Below are positions 61,151 to 64,000 of a stretch of 64,000 nucleotides of DNA, in pieces. The position numbers were made by a program, and so were the translations under genes. The stretch is from Negaprion brevirostris (Eukaryota), in the NCBI GenBank assembly GCA_030324005.1, contig JARDVH010000163.1, forward strand, positions 99,197,002 through 99,261,001, written 5' to 3'. The notes under the pieces were generated by a model. That model ran no database searches. It was given only the letters and a program-made list of their open reading frames with translations, and was not told the origin of the DNA. Numbering within the stretch: the stretch's first letter is position 1; every line of letters begins with the position of its first letter.

Positions 61151-61917
61151 GTTCTGTGTTTTTAGCACTGTTCCCCTCAACATGGCACCAGTGAAATGGC
61201 CTCAGGGTAACTTCCATGTCACCAAACTGACCTTGCAGGAAGCATTTCACCTTTCTTTCCCCAGGAGGCATTCTCAGTGCTGCAACATTGCATCAGGATG
61301 AGCTCACGAAACCTCTTACTTGAATTTCTCTTTCCTTTTCATTGGTTCCCCCGAGACTGTGACGAAATAGGGAGTTGCAGACACTGGACATTAATTCCTA
61401 ACATTGTTTTACAGGAGTTCTGTTTCCTAAAATTAACTTTTTTGTTAAATTGACATTTTAATTGTCATTCCACATCAAATCGGTTACTCATCTCTCAAGT
61501 CCAAGCGTCCCCCTGAGTTATGTTCTGAGCTCTTTGTATCATGTGGTTGGTATATGATGTAATCTCCTGGTTCGAACTGCTTCTGAAGTCCTTGATTGGC
61601 CATTAAGCTCTTCGTGAAGAATTCAAATTACTTTTTCCAGGCAATTTCAGCAGCGGTTAACAACAGGAAAACCAAAGGATTTAACAGCATAATTTACAGC
61701 ACCAATCCTTCGGCATGCCCCTCCACGTTCAGTAGATTGTGTGTTGAGGCCAAGTTTGTTATAGTTCAGTAAAAGCAACAGAATGAGTTCACTCTCAGAA
61801 TTGCTGACTAACTTTCAAAGTTTTCTAACCGAAGCTTAACTTTACTAAGAGGCATTCTGGAAACAGTGCTAAAAGGTAGGTGATCCACATTTTAACAATC
61901 CTTTCCACTGAGATACA

Positions 61918-62043
61918 GGGCAGGACTTTACGGCCTTGCTTATCCCGAAACTGTAAAATCCTGCCCAAAGTCAATGGACATTTCCATTGTCTGCCCCTCA
62001 TCCACTCCGATTCCACGGCAGGCTGGGCGGTACAATTCCAGCC
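61918..62043. mobile_element. Palindromic MITE, same family as 24512-24638
   Basis: GGGCAGGACTTTAC pairs with the internal GTAAAATCCTGCCC (13/14) and with the terminal GTACAATTCCAGCC. Small hairpin CAATGGA-catt-TCCATTG. Confidence 0.6.
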
Positions 62044-62084
62044 ATAGAGATTACCATCGAGAATATAAATGATGTAGAATTGTT

Positions 62085-62397
62085 TATAGAATCCCTACAG
62101 TGCAGAAGGAGGCCATTCGGCCCATCGAGTCTGCATTGGCCACAATCCCACCCAGTCCCTATCCCGCAGCACCATGTATTTACCCTGCTAGTCCCCCTGA
62201 CACTAAAGGGCAATTTACCATTGTTAATCAACCTAACCCACACATCTTTGGATTGTGGGAGGAAACCAGATCATCCGGAGAAAACCTATGCTGACACAGG
62301 GAGAATGTGCAAACTCCACACAGACAGTGACCCCAGCCAGGAATTGAACCTGAGTCCCTGGCACTGTGAGGCAGCAGTGTTAACCATTGTGCCATCC
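62085..62397 (-). mobile_element. HE1-type V-SINE, full length
   Basis: Reverse complement of a complete HE1 (atagaatccctacagtgcagaaggaggccattcggccc...gtgaggcagcagtgttaacca). Confidence 0.9.
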
Positions 62398-62552
62398 CAT
62401 ATCATTTATTTCAATGGATTATGTTCATTTTGTTAATATAAAATTCTCTCAGGTAATTTTGCAGAAATTTGCCCTCACCATAGTTAGAAATTTCTGGCTG
62501 ATAGCAAAATTAATAGCAAAACTATTTTCTCATCTTTTATACATTTGGAGTT

Positions 62553-62672
62553 TGTTTTATTTATTCACAGGGTGTCGGTGTCATTGGCTAGGCCAGCATT
62601 TATTGACATTCCTAATTGCCCTTAAGGTGCTGATGAGCTGCCTTCTTGAACCGTTGCAGTCCATGCAGTGTA
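62553..62672 (-). mobile_element. 3' tip of the LINE partner of SINE family B
   Basis: tttatttattcac...ggccagcatttattg...cctaattgccctt, then the LINE-specific ggtgctgatgagctgccttcttgaaccgttgcagtcc. Confidence 0.7.
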
Positions 62673-62837
62673 GACGCAGATGTGACACAGAATCCTAATC
62701 TCATTGAGAGGTTCTGCTTTTGGTTGGAGGCAGGAAATAGTTATAGTGAACACCAATCTACAATGTAGAAGGGATAGACGTGTTCACAGGGATCCATGCA
62801 AGACTATCAATTGAGGAAATATCTCTGATGGAAAATA

Positions 62838-62910
62838 TAAGAACATAAGAACATAAGAAATAGGAGCAGGAGTAGGCCATCTAGCCCCTCGAGCCTGCCC
62901 CGCCATTCAA
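62838..62910 (-). mobile_element. Young CR1 3' tail at a gap edge
   Basis: (AAGAACAT)n repeats plus ggagcaggagtaggccatctagccc; near-identical reverse complement of 4373-4425. Confidence 0.85.
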
Positions 62911-63120
62911 NNNNNNNNNNNNNNNNNNNNNNNNNNNNNNNNNNNNNNNNNNNNNNNNNNNNNNNNNNNNNNNNNNNNNNNNNNNNNNNNNNNNNNNNNN
63001 NNNNNNNNNNGGGGATTTTCACAGTAACATCATTGCAGTAAGCCTCCTTGTGACAATAATAAATTTTAAATCTCCTCTACATGGGGACAGGGTGGTGTAT
63101 GCATGTGCGCAATCGATCAT

Positions 63121-63690
63121 GACCTTACAGTCACTTGCCATTACAATTCACCACCTTGTTCTCATGCTCACATGGCTGGGCCTGCTTCAGTGTTCCAGTG
63201 AAGCCCAACACAATGCCAGAGGAACAGCAACTCATTTTCAGCTAGGCACTGTGCACCCTCCTGGACTCAGTATTGAGCTCAACTACTTCAGAACATGAAC
63301 TCTGCCCGCCATTTGGAACTTCTCTACACCTGCTCCCCCTCAGCCCAAGTGTATCGTTTCCATGTTTTCCTTTCAGACAACACTGGTCTGCTATGAACAT
63401 ATCCTGCTATTTTGCTTTCATGCAGTACTGATCTTTATGCAACTTTTAATACCTACTTTGGACCAAAGCTTTAAACTTTAATACTGTCATTACCTCTTCC
63501 TTTCTATTGAGCTCTGTGATTCCGACAGCATAAAACCCATCGCCTTTCTGCCTGTGTCCAGTTCCAAGGAAGTATGATATTGGACTGAAGATGTTCACTT
63601 GTTTCTCTCCACACAGATGCTGCTAGACCTGCTGACATTTTCCAGCATTTCCCATTTTTATTACTGATTTTCAGCATTCTTTGCTTTTAT
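63121..63690 (+). mobile_element. Penelope-like element 3' end: GIY-YIG C-terminal remnant, UTR and type-B terminal repeat
   Basis: Frameshifted VTCHYNSPPCSHAHM/LGLLQCSSEAQ/EEQQLIF/LGTVHPPGLSIELNYFRT* resembles the Penelope GIY-YIG end (E..LI..LGT..P.GLN). Terminal repeat at about 63558-63690. Confidence 0.8.
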
Positions 63691-64000
63691 TTCATCCTAT
63701 CAAAGGTTGCCAGCTCCATAAAGGGAGGAGAACAAAATGACCTACTTCAGGAGATACATTTGCACAGAAACAAACTGGCAAACCCCCAAAGGGTGGGGTG
63801 GGTAAAATGTCTTAATTTTTATTTTTTGTTAGTGAGACCGGTGCATTTGCACAAAATCTGATTTTATATGAACCATAAATTAATATATCTCAGTGACTAA
63901 ACTGTGTAATTTTGGTGGAGCAGCAGTTGAAACTGCTTGCTTTTACTTAAATCCGCGTAATTCAATCTCTGACATGGGAACATGCTTGGAGGTGAATTCA

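Overview
Vertebrate, almost certainly cartilaginous-fish (shark-like), draft-assembly DNA with many N gaps. The taxon call rests on recognisable HE1/V-SINE, Deu-domain SINE, CR1 and Penelope repeat families. It reads as intronic or intergenic sequence: no ORF in the track is a credible host protein, and the protein-like ORFs are decayed retroelement fragments. The window holds HE1-type SINEs, a second tRNA-SINE sharing its tail with a LINE, CR1, L2 and Rex1 LINE remnants, Penelope-like repeats with hammerhead-ribozyme cores, a decayed Gypsy gag, a solo LTR with a 5-bp TSD, and small palindromic MITEs. The most unusual items are an element at 1-183 (-) built from two U2 snRNA 5' fragments, an inverted pair of hammerhead-bearing Penelope repeats at 49126-49347, an LF-SINE-like relic, and an 89-bp dispersed duplication. 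Family names come from my recall of consensus sequences, not from database searches, and most boundaries are approximate.
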